Position numbers and translations under genes: made by a program. The notes below the pieces were generated by a model. That model saw only the letters and a program-made list of their open reading frames with translations, had not been told where the DNA came from and ran no database searches. DNA of 62,166 bases from Treponema primitia (GTDB lineage Bacteria; Spirochaetota; Spirochaetia; Treponematales; Breznakiellaceae). The stretch spans positions 1 through 62,166 of the forward strand of contig NZ_JAJQRB010000001.1 of assembly GCF_046533075.1 (NCBI RefSeq), in the 5' to 3' direction. The first letter of the stretch is position 1; every line of letters starts with the position of its first letter. Below are positions 1 through 9,138 of the stretch, one piece after another.

Positions 1-79
1 TCGTAGTAGACCCGCGCAGCGGGGCTGCGGAGACAGGTTCTACACGCACATGAAGCCAGGTGTACCCCTCCCCACGCCC

Positions 80-110
80 GTTTTGCCGACAAAATACAAA
101 ACCGGGGTAT
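80..110 (-). terminator. Putative rho-independent terminator downstream of the minus-strand operon (AACCGG-loop-CCGGTT followed by a T-rich tract on the minus strand)
   Basis: Inverted repeat aaccgg...ccggtt at ~88-110 with an A-run on the plus strand (T-run on minus), immediately 3' of the CDS ending at 111. Confidence 0.35.
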
Positions 111-797
111 TCACCGGTTAAATTTCCGTTCCGACATAGCCAAAGCCAAATCAACCTCTGCTATGGTTACCCCCAAGCGGGCAGCTATGGTTTCGGCGGA
201 AAAGCCGTTCCGGGATAGTTCCAGGACCTGCTCCGTCAACGGCGCCTTAGGCTTAACTTGATTGGGTGAACGGATAAACCGGGGCCCGGCGGATTTTCCG
301 GTTTCCGCTTCGGGAACCGCCGGGTCGAAGAGGCCGCCGGATGGGTCGAGGGCGGGCATAGCGGCGGGCTCCTGCCCCGGAGTTTCCGGCTGGGTGTCCG
401 GCTCCGGAAGGATGACCTCCAGGGAGGACCTTAGTCCCCGGGCTCGGCCTAGGGCGGCGTAAGCCCCTTCGGCGGAGCGGGGCTTGGGCGATTCGCCGGT
501 CAGGGCGCTTAGGGCGCTTTCCTGGGTGTTCCGCCGGTCCAGTTCACGGGCATAGGCGGTGATACGGCGGTCCAGGGTATCGAGCAGGATCTTGAGGGAT
601 TTTGACTTGTCTTCCAGGAGGGTAAGGTTCCGTTCCGCCGCCAGATCTATTCCGGCAATGAGCCGGTCTACCTCTTCCTCAAAGTCCTTAAGGATACGCT
701 CGGCGCCGGTGCGGCGGCGGAGATATGAGAGGAGATAAATAAACGAAAAACCGCAGATTATCAGGGCGGCGGCGGAAAAGATAAGGGACAGGGTCAT
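111..797 (-). CDS. Hypothetical protein: N-terminal TM helix, coiled-coil, C-terminal HTH-like segment (LSRNGFSAETIAARLGVTIAEV)
   Basis: 228-aa ORF, last gene of the minus-strand flagellar cluster. N-term is hydrophobic (LIFSAAALIICGFSFIYLL). C-term resembles a sigma-70 region 4 / LuxR-type HTH. Confidence 0.5.
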   Translation of the reverse strand: MTLSLIFSAAALIICGFSFIYLLSYLRRRTGAERILKDFEEEVDRLIAGIDLAAERNLTLLEDKSKSLKILLDTLDRRITAYARELDRRNTQESALSALTGESPKPRSAEGAYAALGRARGLRSSLEVILPEPDTQPETPGQEPAAMPALDPSGGLFDPAVPEAETGKSAGPRFIRSPNQVKPKAPLTEQVLELSRNGFSAETIAARLGVTIAEVDLALAMSERKFNR

Positions 798-801
798 TGG
801 A

Positions 802-1143
802 CTACCCGCTTAAATCAATATTTTTTCCCAAGGCTGGGTCCCGAATTATAGAAGGATCATCCCCAGCCCTTGGGTCTATACCTAACAGTTCCGTATCATC
901 GCCCCCCTGCCCTTCCCCTTCGTCCCGGCGTTTCCGGGGGGAGCGGTCTTTAATCCGCTCCGGTCCCTGGCCGGCATCCTGGGATTCATTAACCGACTGG
1001 ATCCGCTCGTCGGTTCTGCGTTGAATCTGTGCGCCCTGAATTGACTGCTGGAGCTGGAGCCCCTGTTTTTGGTTCGCCTGCTCCTTGCCAACCTTATCAA
1101 CCTGGGTAAAGAGGGTCTGCAAATCAATCGGATTAATTGCCAT
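802..1143 (-). CDS. Hypothetical small acidic/Gln-rich protein (start probably at MAINPIDLQ)
   Basis: ORF 802..1179. The internal Met MAINPID gives a start at 1143, a short overlap with the upstream gene stop at 1133. No recognisable domain. Confidence 0.35.
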   Translation of the reverse strand: MAINPIDLQTLFTQVDKVGKEQANQKQGLQLQQSIQGAQIQRRTDERIQSVNESQDAGQGPERIKDRSPRKRRDEGEGQGGDDTELLGIDPRAGDDPSIIRDPALGKNIDLSG

Positions 1144-3085
1144 CGAGACCCCGCATTCCCTCCATGTCCGGTTCTTCATACTTCGTTATTTTAACTAAGC
1201 CGTCTTCCAGGATAAAAGTCACCGCACGGTATTCGGTACGGACATCTTCCTTGGCGTCTTTTATCATCACCCGAACTCCGGGATACACCTTTGCGGAGGC
1301 GGAAACCCGTCCCCGGGCCTGAAGGTTGTTTAATAAATCCTGGGCTTTTTCAATATCATCGGTGTTTTTCTTTATATCCGTAATGGTCTCCACCCGTTTT
1401 TCATCCAGTTCCTGGAGATAGGCTTCCTTATCCTCCGGCAGGGACTTACGTTGTTGTTTAATATTGATCAGGGTCTGTATATTCAGCTTGATATCATCAA
1501 ACTGTTTTTCCAGGGTCGCCTTTTTTTCCGCAAGCTGGGAAAGAAGCTCCTTCGTTTTTGGATCCACCCCCACTTCACAGATCGTTTCCGTACCCGCCGT
1601 GGGGCTGCCCAGTATCTTTGCGTTGATCTCTTCGCCCGCCCGCAGCCGGCCTCCCACGATGGTGGCCCGCTTACCCTGGCAGATGATCCGCTTACCGGCG
1701 TCCACCCGGGAATTGATAATGCCATCGGAGGCTATTACCGAATCCCCCGCTTCGATCATCGTATTTTCAATAAACCGGGCCATCAGGGTCTTCCCCGCCC
1801 GGATAATTTCCTTACCCCTTCCGGTAACACCCTGGTGGACAATGATATCACCTTCGGCATCCAGATCCGCCTTTTCCACGGTACCGTTCACTTCGATATT
1901 ACCCGCAGCTTTAACGGAGAAACCATCCACCACGTTACCGGTGATCATCACCGTACCAAGGAAGATGATGTTTCCGGTTTTAAGGTCCACATCACCGTCA
2001 ACGGTGTACACGGGTTCCACATTGATCTTACCGTTGACCTCCACCACCTGTCCGTTCATATCGGCAATGATGGTAACCTTGTCCTCCCCCATATGGACGT
2101 TCTTTCCCAGGGGCAGAACCATGTCCTTACCATCCCTGGCCGGCAGGGGATTCCCCGTAACGGTCCTGCCGGGGGTTCCCTGTTCCGGGGGTATCTTCTT
2201 TGCCAAAGGCTGGGCTTCAAACACGTTCTGGATAAGCTTAAGGTCCTTAAAATCGACCCGTCCGTTGGCCCCTTCCCTGATGTGCACCTTGGACTGGTTC
2301 GTTTCAAAGTTGTACTGTAAATAAGCATCCCGTCCGTTAGTCGGGGGGAGTCCTTCGGCGATCACCACTTTTTGTTTATAAACAGGCTGGTCCGCAAAAT
2401 CCCGCAGATAATCCAAATCAATTCCGAAATAAACCTTGTTGTTCTTCAAAAAAGTCTGATAGGTTTCAATGGAAACATCGCAGCCCCCGGGCCCCGGAGG
2501 CGTTACATAGAGCAGGGCCTTCATGTCCTGCTCCGCGATTTCCACGGTCATGGTCGCGTCGTTGGAGGGTTTGTGCTCAAAGTCTCCAACCCGGATATAT
2601 TCATCACTGGGGTTTTTTATGACCTCGTTTATCACCGTTTGGTCAAAATCCTTTATGCCCCGATCAGCCAGGGCAACCCGCGCCTGGGCAGGGGTAGCTT
2701 TCTTTCCGCGGCCCACGGGAGAAGAAACCTTGATATACACTCCATCATGGCGCAGGTGGACAAAAACATAGCCGTTTTTATCCTCCATCACCGGAACCTC
2801 AAAATCAACGCCGCTATCAAAGGAGTCGTCTTCAGAAGATTTCTCATCCCGGACATAATGCCGGTAGGCCTTGATCTTCCAGTCCTTTTTTCCGGCGCCC
2901 ATAATACCGGTGGAACCCCGTTCGCTTATTTCGTATTCAATCCGTCTGACGGGGAGATTGAGCAGGGTAGCCGCCTGGGCTACCGCTTCTTCCAGGGTCG
3001 GCCCCTGGGCTTCAATGATGCTGATATCTCTGTCCTGATCCAACTGCTCCTTCATAATATGCTGCAGCTGGACAAAATCAACCAT
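1133..3085 (-). CDS. FapA/DUF342-family protein (flagellar-assembly-protein-A-like), beta-helix plus coiled coil
   Basis: 650 aa. Repetitive G-x-V/I beta-helix segments (GNIEVNGTVEKADLDAEGDIIVHQGV...) and a C-terminal coiled coil. Positioned next to fliA as in other flagellar loci. Confidence 0.55.
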   Translation of the reverse strand: MVDFVQLQHIMKEQLDQDRDISIIEAQGPTLEEAVAQAATLLNLPVRRIEYEISERGSTGIMGAGKKDWKIKAYRHYVRDEKSSEDDSFDSGVDFEVPVMEDKNGYVFVHLRHDGVYIKVSSPVGRGKKATPAQARVALADRGIKDFDQTVINEVIKNPSDEYIRVGDFEHKPSNDATMTVEIAEQDMKALLYVTPPGPGGCDVSIETYQTFLKNNKVYFGIDLDYLRDFADQPVYKQKVVIAEGLPPTNGRDAYLQYNFETNQSKVHIREGANGRVDFKDLKLIQNVFEAQPLAKKIPPEQGTPGRTVTGNPLPARDGKDMVLPLGKNVHMGEDKVTIIADMNGQVVEVNGKINVEPVYTVDGDVDLKTGNIIFLGTVMITGNVVDGFSVKAAGNIEVNGTVEKADLDAEGDIIVHQGVTGRGKEIIRAGKTLMARFIENTMIEAGDSVIASDGIINSRVDAGKRIICQGKRATIVGGRLRAGEEINAKILGSPTAGTETICEVGVDPKTKELLSQLAEKKATLEKQFDDIKLNIQTLINIKQQRKSLPEDKEAYLQELDEKRVETITDIKKNTDDIEKAQDLLNNLQARGRVSASAKVYPGVRVMIKDAKEDVRTEYRAVTFILEDGLVKITKYEEPDMEGMRGLDGN

Positions 3086-3105
3086 TAATATACTCCATTA
3101 CCGAA

Positions 3106-3918
3106 TCAGACAATACCTTTACGGATGTTCGTCAGTTTTGCCCTGAGCCGCAGGATCGCCTTGGTATGCAGTTGGGATACCCGCGATTCGGTTACTTCCA
3201 AAACCTGACCGATTTCTTTTAAAGTCAGATCCTCGTAATAGTAGAGGACCAATATCTTCTTTTCCTTATCCGGAAGTTCTTCAAGGGCCTCCACAATTAC
3301 CCGGCGTATCTCATCCTTTTCCACAATAACATCCGGGTTGAGACTCGAGGGAGATTCGATGCTGTCCCCGATGGAAACCTTGTCATTCTCATCGCCGGAG
3401 AACCATACATCGTTCAGGGAAAGCATGGTGGTACCGGAAATTTTCATCATGGTTTTGATGAATTCATTTTCGTCCAATCCCATGGAATTGGCTATTTCCT
3501 GATCCGTGGCGGTTCTTCCCAGTTGGGCTTCCAGGGAACCGATTGCTTCCTCTACTTCCCGTGTTTTCTGGCGGACAGACCGGGGAACCCAATCTATTGA
3601 ACGGAGCTCATCAAATATGGCGCCCCGGATACGGGTTACCGCATAGGTCTTAAACTTTACATTTTTTTCGGGATCAAACTTGTCGATGGCATCCAGAAGG
3701 CCGAAGACGCCGAACCCTACGAGATCATCAAACTCAACATTATGGGGCATACCGACAGCAACTTTACCGGCAACATACTTTACCAGCGGGGCGTATTGCT
3801 TAATAAACATTTCGCGGATCTTCGGATCCCTATTCTGGCGGTATTCCTGCCAAAATTCCTCTTCCGCCTTTTCTTCCAAGGCATAATCGGTAAGATTATT
3901 CCCAAGAACCTTCCCCAT
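3106..3918 (-). CDS. fliA: RNA polymerase sigma-28 factor FliA/WhiG
   Basis: 270 aa. Region 2 ([19 protein letters not shown]...[19 protein letters not shown]) and region 4 HTH ([29 protein letters not shown]). Confidence 0.9.
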   Translation of the reverse strand: MGKVLGNNLTDYALEEKAEEEFWQEYRQNRDPKIREMFIKQYAPLVKYVAGKVAVGMPHNVEFDDLVGFGVFGLLDAIDKFDPEKNVKFKTYAVTRIRGAIFDELRSIDWVPRSVRQKTREVEEAIGSLEAQLGRTATDQEIANSMGLDENEFIKTMMKISGTTMLSLNDVWFSGDENDKVSIGDSIESPSSLNPDVIVEKDEIRRVIVEALEELPDKEKKILVLYYYEDLTLKEIGQVLEVTESRVSQLHTKAILRLRAKLTNIRKGIV

Positions 3919-3921
3919 GGC

Positions 3922-4617
3922 TTATCCCTTATCTTCCCGTTTTAAAATTGTCTGGATGGCGGAAGCCATCTCATGAACATTAAAATCATCACCAAGCCCC
4001 GCCTTTTCCGAAGCGGTCTTGCCCGAACTATCAAAGGACCCCCCGCCCGAAGAGCCGGATCCCCCGCTCCCACCGCCGTCCGCCGGACCGGAAGCGAACG
4101 CCCCGGACATGGCATCAAGATCCGGCAATACATCCACCGAATCAAGGTCCTCAGCGGTGAAATCCAAACCCGTAGGTAAGGCCGGCTGCAAAGGGCTTGG
4201 AGCTCTTTCTAAGCTCCCCTCCCCAGTATATCCGCCTTTGCTATTCTGGTCCAGGGTGTTTCCCGATAAAGAATCTATATTTTCATCCGAATCGCCGGGA
4301 TTTTCCAATATTTCGCCCACCTCGTCCCCGAATCCCCCCTCTCCCAGGGAGATATCCGATCCCTGGTCATCATCACCCCCGATAGAGATATCCACCTGTG
4401 AACCAAGACCGGGTTCCTCAGCAGGGTTATTCAGGAGTTCCGGCAGGTACATGGTTATCGCCCCATAGCCTATGGACGCCAAGACAAAAAAAACAGCGGC
4501 AAAAACAAAGGCCCGAGCCACAAGCAGGGACAAACCTGCCCCGGTGATAATACCCAGCAGCAAGGAGAAGATAAAACCGATACCAGCGGCTATACCGCTT
4601 ATCTTCGGATTAAACAT
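3922..4617 (-). CDS. Hypothetical membrane protein, acidic Gly/Asp/Ser-rich
   Basis: 231 aa with two N-terminal TM helices and a low-complexity acidic tail. Sits between flhG and fliA. Confidence 0.5.
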   Translation of the reverse strand: MFNPKISGIAAGIGFIFSLLLGIITGAGLSLLVARAFVFAAVFFVLASIGYGAITMYLPELLNNPAEEPGLGSQVDISIGGDDDQGSDISLGEGGFGDEVGEILENPGDSDENIDSLSGNTLDQNSKGGYTGEGSLERAPSPLQPALPTGLDFTAEDLDSVDVLPDLDAMSGAFASGPADGGGSGGSGSSGGGSFDSSGKTASEKAGLGDDFNVHEMASAIQTILKREDKG

Positions 4618-4631
4618 CCAGGATTCGCCCC

Positions 4632-5519
4632 CTATCCACGGTCAAAAAGCCGTTTCATCATCATAGAAAAGCCCGCGCTTTCCTTAATATCACTCTTCTC
4701 CATGCGTCCCACAATATGCTGGATACAAATAGAAGCCTTGCTCCGGGGTTCGGTTACCATAAAAGGCCGTTGCCGCAGCACCGCATGGGATACCGCAATA
4801 TCATCGTAGATAAAACCCAGGTAATCCACCTTGAGGTTGAGGAACTGCCCGGCGATATTGGTCATCCGGTCCGCTACCTTTTTTGCCTCCGCCACGGAAT
4901 GGACCCGGTTTACCACCAGTTTAAGCCCCATATTGAGACTGTCAATCTCTGTGGCGATGATCTTGATAATACCGTAGGCGTCGGTGATGGCCGTAGGTTC
5001 CGGGGTGGTGATGATCACCGCATCATCCGCGGCGGCGATGAAGTCTAACACATTGCTGGAAACACCGGCGCTGGTATCGATGATGATGATGTCCGCATTG
5101 GACAGGGTGTCCAGCTCATCGATAAAATTCATCCGCTCATCCTCGGTGAGGTTGGCGATCTTGGAAAAGCCCGAGGCGCCGGCGACAATGGAAATACCGT
5201 ATTCGGTATCTACCATGATTTCCTTCATAGTTTTCTGCTTGCGGATCACATGGTAGAGGTTCCATTTAGGGATCATATTGAGCATCACATTTACGTTGGC
5301 CAGGCCCAAGTCGGCGTCCATGACAACCACCTTTTTCCCCAGCCGGGCATAGGCCAGGGCCATGTTTACCGAAACATTGGTCTTCCCCACCCCGCCTTTG
5401 CCGCTGGTAATGGTGATGACCCGGGCGCGCTTCCGCTCCTTTGGGTCGGAGGAATTCTGTTCTCCGGAGCCCTTCTTTTGCCGCATTATTTCCCGCAATT
5501 TTTCAGCTTGATCTTCCAT
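4632..5519 (-). CDS. flhG: Flagellar number regulator FlhG (MinD/ParA-like ATPase, YlxH)
   Basis: Deviant Walker A (ITSGKGGVGKTNVSVNMALA, MDADLGLANV). The ORF extends to 5585, but the ATG at 5519 overlaps the flhF stop (5521-5523), so 5519 is the preferred start. Confidence 0.85.
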   Translation of the reverse strand: MEDQAEKLREIMRQKKGSGEQNSSDPKERKRARVITITSGKGGVGKTNVSVNMALAYARLGKKVVVMDADLGLANVNVMLNMIPKWNLYHVIRKQKTMKEIMVDTEYGISIVAGASGFSKIANLTEDERMNFIDELDTLSNADIIIIDTSAGVSSNVLDFIAAADDAVIITTPEPTAITDAYGIIKIIATEIDSLNMGLKLVVNRVHSVAEAKKVADRMTNIAGQFLNLKVDYLGFIYDDIAVSHAVLRQRPFMVTEPRSKASICIQHIVGRMEKSDIKESAGFSMMMKRLFDRG

Positions 5520-5520
5520 T

Positions 5521-6831
5521 TTATTTTTCTCCGAAGGGAGGGAATTTCTGCTCAATCTTATCCCGGTCGATCCGGAACCCCTCAAGGTTGATTAAAAACC
5601 GGACCACACTGGCCCGATGGATATGCTTGTCGACGGGCTGGCCATCGGTGATGTAGACCGCTTCTTTTCCATCCGAAAATAGGGCGCTGATCACATTTCC
5701 CACCCGGACGGTTTCGTCCAGCTTGGTAATCACCACCGACTGGTAATTGAAGGGGGCAAATTGCCGGAGTATCTCCCGCATGTCGCTGTATTTGGTGGTG
5801 GCGGCCAAGGCTAGGTGTACCTCCGCCGAGGTCCCGCAGACATCCAGGAACTGCTTCATTTCCGCGAGTTTTACCGTATCCCGGGGGCTCTTGCCGATGG
5901 TATCAACCAGTATCAGGTCGACGTCATTCTGATAAAAGGCGATGGTCTTCCGGAGCTCATCGTTGGTATTTACATAGGATACGGGAATCTCCATGATCTG
6001 ACCGTACTTTTCAAGCTGCTCCTTGGCGGCGATGCGGTATCCGTCGATGGTGATCATCACTACCCGGAGGGGCGCCCCTCCCCAGCCGTCCACCCCATAG
6101 GCGGCGGCCAGTTTGGCGATGGTGGTGGTCTTTCCAACCCCGGTGGGGCCCACCAGTACCATGATCCGGGGTCCCCGGCGCGGGAGGGATGGCCTGCTAT
6201 TGAAACTTTCGGTATGTATCCTGACGGTTTCCCCTATCCATTCAACTACCCTATCCTGGACCGCATCATAGTCTTCCAGCGCATCCAGGGAAAATTCCTT
6301 CCGTACCCGGTCTAACATGGCCTTGGTATAGGCGGGGGAAAAATCATTCTGGTAGAAAACTTCCTCCAACCTGCCCAGGGTTGGGTGTTCCTCCTGGGGT
6401 CCCCTAAAAGGGTGGGCGTCGATCTTTTCCGTAAGGGTCTTAATCTCATTGAGCAATTTCTGCATGGTAGGATCGGGTTGTTTTGTAGAGGCCGCCGCAG
6501 TGGCGAGAAGCTTTTTCTTCTCCTCCTCAAAATCCAGAGGTTGGTTGGGTACATCAATCTGGCTAGTCTGACTAGTCACATTCGGTTGCGCCGCCATCTG
6601 AGAAGATTGCCGGGCTGAGCTTATGCCGTAAGCGCCGGCGGCATAGCGGAGATCCGAGGAAATATAGCCCGTAACTTCTACCCCGTCCCGGGAAAAGAGG
6701 CCGCCAAAGATCCCCCCTATACGGACGGTCCGGTAGTTCATCACCTTAGCCCTTTCCCCGTATTTCAAGCGTATTTTTTGTAAACAGTCGGCGTAGGTTG
6801 AGCCCTGTTCTATAAATTGTTCCACAGACAC
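5521..6831 (-). CDS. flhF: Flagellar biosynthesis GTPase FlhF (SRP-type)
   Basis: 436 aa with G1 motif MVLVGPTGVGKTTTIAKLAA, DTIG, and an SRP54-type GTPase domain. Confidence 0.9.
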   Translation of the reverse strand: MSVEQFIEQGSTYADCLQKIRLKYGERAKVMNYRTVRIGGIFGGLFSRDGVEVTGYISSDLRYAAGAYGISSARQSSQMAAQPNVTSQTSQIDVPNQPLDFEEEKKKLLATAAASTKQPDPTMQKLLNEIKTLTEKIDAHPFRGPQEEHPTLGRLEEVFYQNDFSPAYTKAMLDRVRKEFSLDALEDYDAVQDRVVEWIGETVRIHTESFNSRPSLPRRGPRIMVLVGPTGVGKTTTIAKLAAAYGVDGWGGAPLRVVMITIDGYRIAAKEQLEKYGQIMEIPVSYVNTNDELRKTIAFYQNDVDLILVDTIGKSPRDTVKLAEMKQFLDVCGTSAEVHLALAATTKYSDMREILRQFAPFNYQSVVITKLDETVRVGNVISALFSDGKEAVYITDGQPVDKHIHRASVVRFLINLEGFRIDRDKIEQKFPPFGEK

Positions 6832-6845
6832 TTATGCTTTCCTCC

Positions 6846-8960
6846 TTAAACCTTCACCTTTTCTTCACTTTCCACGCTGATTTCTCCAACCGCTTCCACG
6901 GTAACATCGGCTACCAACTCGGGTACTGAAAGCACCACCAGATCCGGCAGTTCCCGTTCCGTGGAGGACTTAACCAGATACCGGGCCGCCTCGGAACAGA
7001 GGACGATGGGGTACCAACCCTGGTCCTGTACCGCAGCCACCGTCCGGGAAAGGGCCTTTATCCAACTAATCCTGGTGGAGGGGTCCATGGCGGACATGAT
7101 ACCCGCGGCGGTTTCCACGGCGCTGTCCAGGATCTTCTGTTCCAGGCTCTGGCTTATGGTGAGTACCCGAAGCACCCGGTCATCGGTGGCGTACTGCAGG
7201 CATATCTGCCGGCTTAAGGCCTGCCGGGCCTTTTCGTTGAGGAACTGCATATTTTTGGCTGCCTTAGCTGCCTGGCCGTAATCCGCCAGGGCTTCCAGAA
7301 TAGCCACCATATTGCGGATAGAGACCTGCTCCCGGAGCAATGCCTGAAGCACCTTTTGAATTTCCCCAAGGCTGAGTGCCTTCTGGGCTTCCTCCACCAC
7401 TGCGGGGTAGCTTTTCTTAAGGGCGTCCAGAATCTCCTGGGTATCCTGACGACCCAGGATCTCCGCGGCATGGCGCTTGATAATATCCGTTAAATGGGTG
7501 GCGATAATCGAGGGAGGATCAACCACGGTATAACCCGCCCGTTCCGCCTCATCCCGTTTATCCTCGCTTACCCAGAGGGCAGGAAGACCGAAGGTGGGGT
7601 CCCGGGTTTTTTCCCCGGGCAGCTCATCCTTCACCCCCCCGGGATTGATACAGAGGTAGTAACCCATGCGTATCTTGCCCCGGCCCACGTCTACACCCTG
7701 GATCTTAAAGCAGTACTCCGAAGGTTCCAGCCGTATATTGTCGATGATCCGTATCCGGGGAATAACCAGCCCCAGGTCCAGCCCGGATTCCCGGCGAATC
7801 CGGTGGACCCGTTCCAGGAGCTCCGCCCCCTTCTCCCGGTCCACCAGGGGGATGAGTCCGTAACCAAGCTCCAGGGACAGGGGGTCCAGGGGCACTATGG
7901 GGGACATATCTTCGCTTTCGGGTTTGGCCTTCTTGGCATCCGCAGTTTTTGCCGCCGCAGTATCCCGCTTGGTCTTCCGCCGACCCAGGCGTACCGCTAA
8001 TACCACCAGGAGGGCGGCCATGGGAATGAGCACGTACCAGGGAAAGCCCGGCAGCAGGGCAAAGCCCCCAAGGACACCGGCGCCTATCCAGTAGATACGG
8101 GCGTCCCGGGAGAACTGTTCCGAAACATCCTCCCCAAAGGTTCCGTTGGAAACCGACCGGGTAACGATGATACCCGTGGCGGTGGAAATGAGCAGGGCAG
8201 GAAACTGGGATAACAGGCCGTCCCCGATGGAGAAGGATATATAGGTACCGATGGCCACCGTGATGGGTTCACCGTGGATCAGGGTTCCGATGACGATGCC
8301 CCCAATGACATTCACCACCGTGATGAGTATGCCCACCTTAACGTTCCCGGAGATAAACTTACTGGAACCGTCCATGGCGCCGTAGAAGTCAACCTCCCGC
8401 TGGAGATCGTTTTTCCGGGCAATGGCCTCTTCCTCGGTGATGGCCTGGGAGTTGTACTCCGCTTCAATGGCCATCTGTTTCCCCGGCAAAGCATCCAGGG
8501 CAAACCGGGCGGCCACTTCCGCGATACGGGTGGCGCCCTTGGTGATAACCACCGCCTGCACCGCGATGATGATGATAAAGATAACAAAGCCCACCACCAG
8601 ACCTTCGGTACCGCCGGAGCCGACCACGAAGGACGAGAAGGCCCGGACCATGCGGCCGTCGAAAGCGGTTCCCCGGGTCAGGATGAGCCGGGTGGAGGAG
8701 ACGTTCAGGGCCAGGCTGAACACGGTTGACACCAACAGTATGGTTGGGAAGATACTGAAGTCCGTAGCCTTCCGGGTATAGAGGACGATAAGGAGGATCA
8801 GCAGGGCCAGAACCAGGTTCATGGCCATCAGGGCGTCCAGGAGTACCGTGGGCAGGGGGATGATCAGCATCATCACCACCGCCACCACCGCCACCGCCAT
8901 GACGAGTTCCGTACTGTTCCCAAAAAAGGTTTTCCGCGCCGTGCCGCTTTGGTCAGACAT
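6846..8960 (-). CDS. flhA: Flagellar export apparatus protein FlhA
   Basis: 704 aa with multi-TM N-terminal domain and a FHIPEP-type cytoplasmic domain (…KRHAAEILGRQDTQEILD…). Confidence 0.92.
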   Translation of the reverse strand: MSDQSGTARKTFFGNSTELVMAVAVVAVVMMLIIPLPTVLLDALMAMNLVLALLILLIVLYTRKATDFSIFPTILLVSTVFSLALNVSSTRLILTRGTAFDGRMVRAFSSFVVGSGGTEGLVVGFVIFIIIIAVQAVVITKGATRIAEVAARFALDALPGKQMAIEAEYNSQAITEEEAIARKNDLQREVDFYGAMDGSSKFISGNVKVGILITVVNVIGGIVIGTLIHGEPITVAIGTYISFSIGDGLLSQFPALLISTATGIIVTRSVSNGTFGEDVSEQFSRDARIYWIGAGVLGGFALLPGFPWYVLIPMAALLVVLAVRLGRRKTKRDTAAAKTADAKKAKPESEDMSPIVPLDPLSLELGYGLIPLVDREKGAELLERVHRIRRESGLDLGLVIPRIRIIDNIRLEPSEYCFKIQGVDVGRGKIRMGYYLCINPGGVKDELPGEKTRDPTFGLPALWVSEDKRDEAERAGYTVVDPPSIIATHLTDIIKRHAAEILGRQDTQEILDALKKSYPAVVEEAQKALSLGEIQKVLQALLREQVSIRNMVAILEALADYGQAAKAAKNMQFLNEKARQALSRQICLQYATDDRVLRVLTISQSLEQKILDSAVETAAGIMSAMDPSTRISWIKALSRTVAAVQDQGWYPIVLCSEAARYLVKSSTERELPDLVVLSVPELVADVTVEAVGEISVESEEKVKV

Positions 8961-8987
8961 TAAAATCTACTCCTTACAGAAGAAGAA

Positions 8988-9120
8988 TATAACCACAGAG
9001 CACACAGAGCTTGCACAGAGGACACAGAGGAAAAGACAGAAAGAAGAATTTTAAAAACCTCTTCCCCTTTCCCCCTCCGTGTCCTCTGTGTTCTTCCCTC
9101 TGCGCCCTCTGTGGTTACTC
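8988..9120. repeat. Palindromic intergenic repeat element R1 (arms AACCACAGAG...CACAGAGGACACAGAGG / CCTCCGTGTCCTCTGTG...CTCTGTGGTTA; purine run - AATTTTAAAAA - pyrimidine run at apex)
   Basis: Imperfect ~45-bp inverted repeat in the flhB-flhA intergenic gap. Same family as the copies at 10325-10437 and 20780-20830. Confidence 0.7.
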
Positions 9121-9138
9121 TTCTCTCCATCGTTTCTC

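Noticed and set aside
1451-2324. Long plus-strand ORFs (289 and 286 aa) inside the FapA/DUF342 gene; similar long antisense ORFs at 7494..8000, 18706..19483, 20933..21862 and 54612..55445
   Set aside because: They lie antisense to well-supported conserved genes (FapA, flhA, fliK, the epimerase and prfA). Their translations are low-complexity with no recognisable motifs, as is typical of GC-rich antisense frames.
3942-4468. ORFs 3942..4145 (-), 3973..4179 (+) and 4019..4468 (+) overlapping the acidic membrane protein gene
   Set aside because: They are alternative-frame artefacts in a GC- and Gly/Ser/Pro-rich region. The minus-strand 231-aa frame is the one consistent with operon polarity and carries TM helices.
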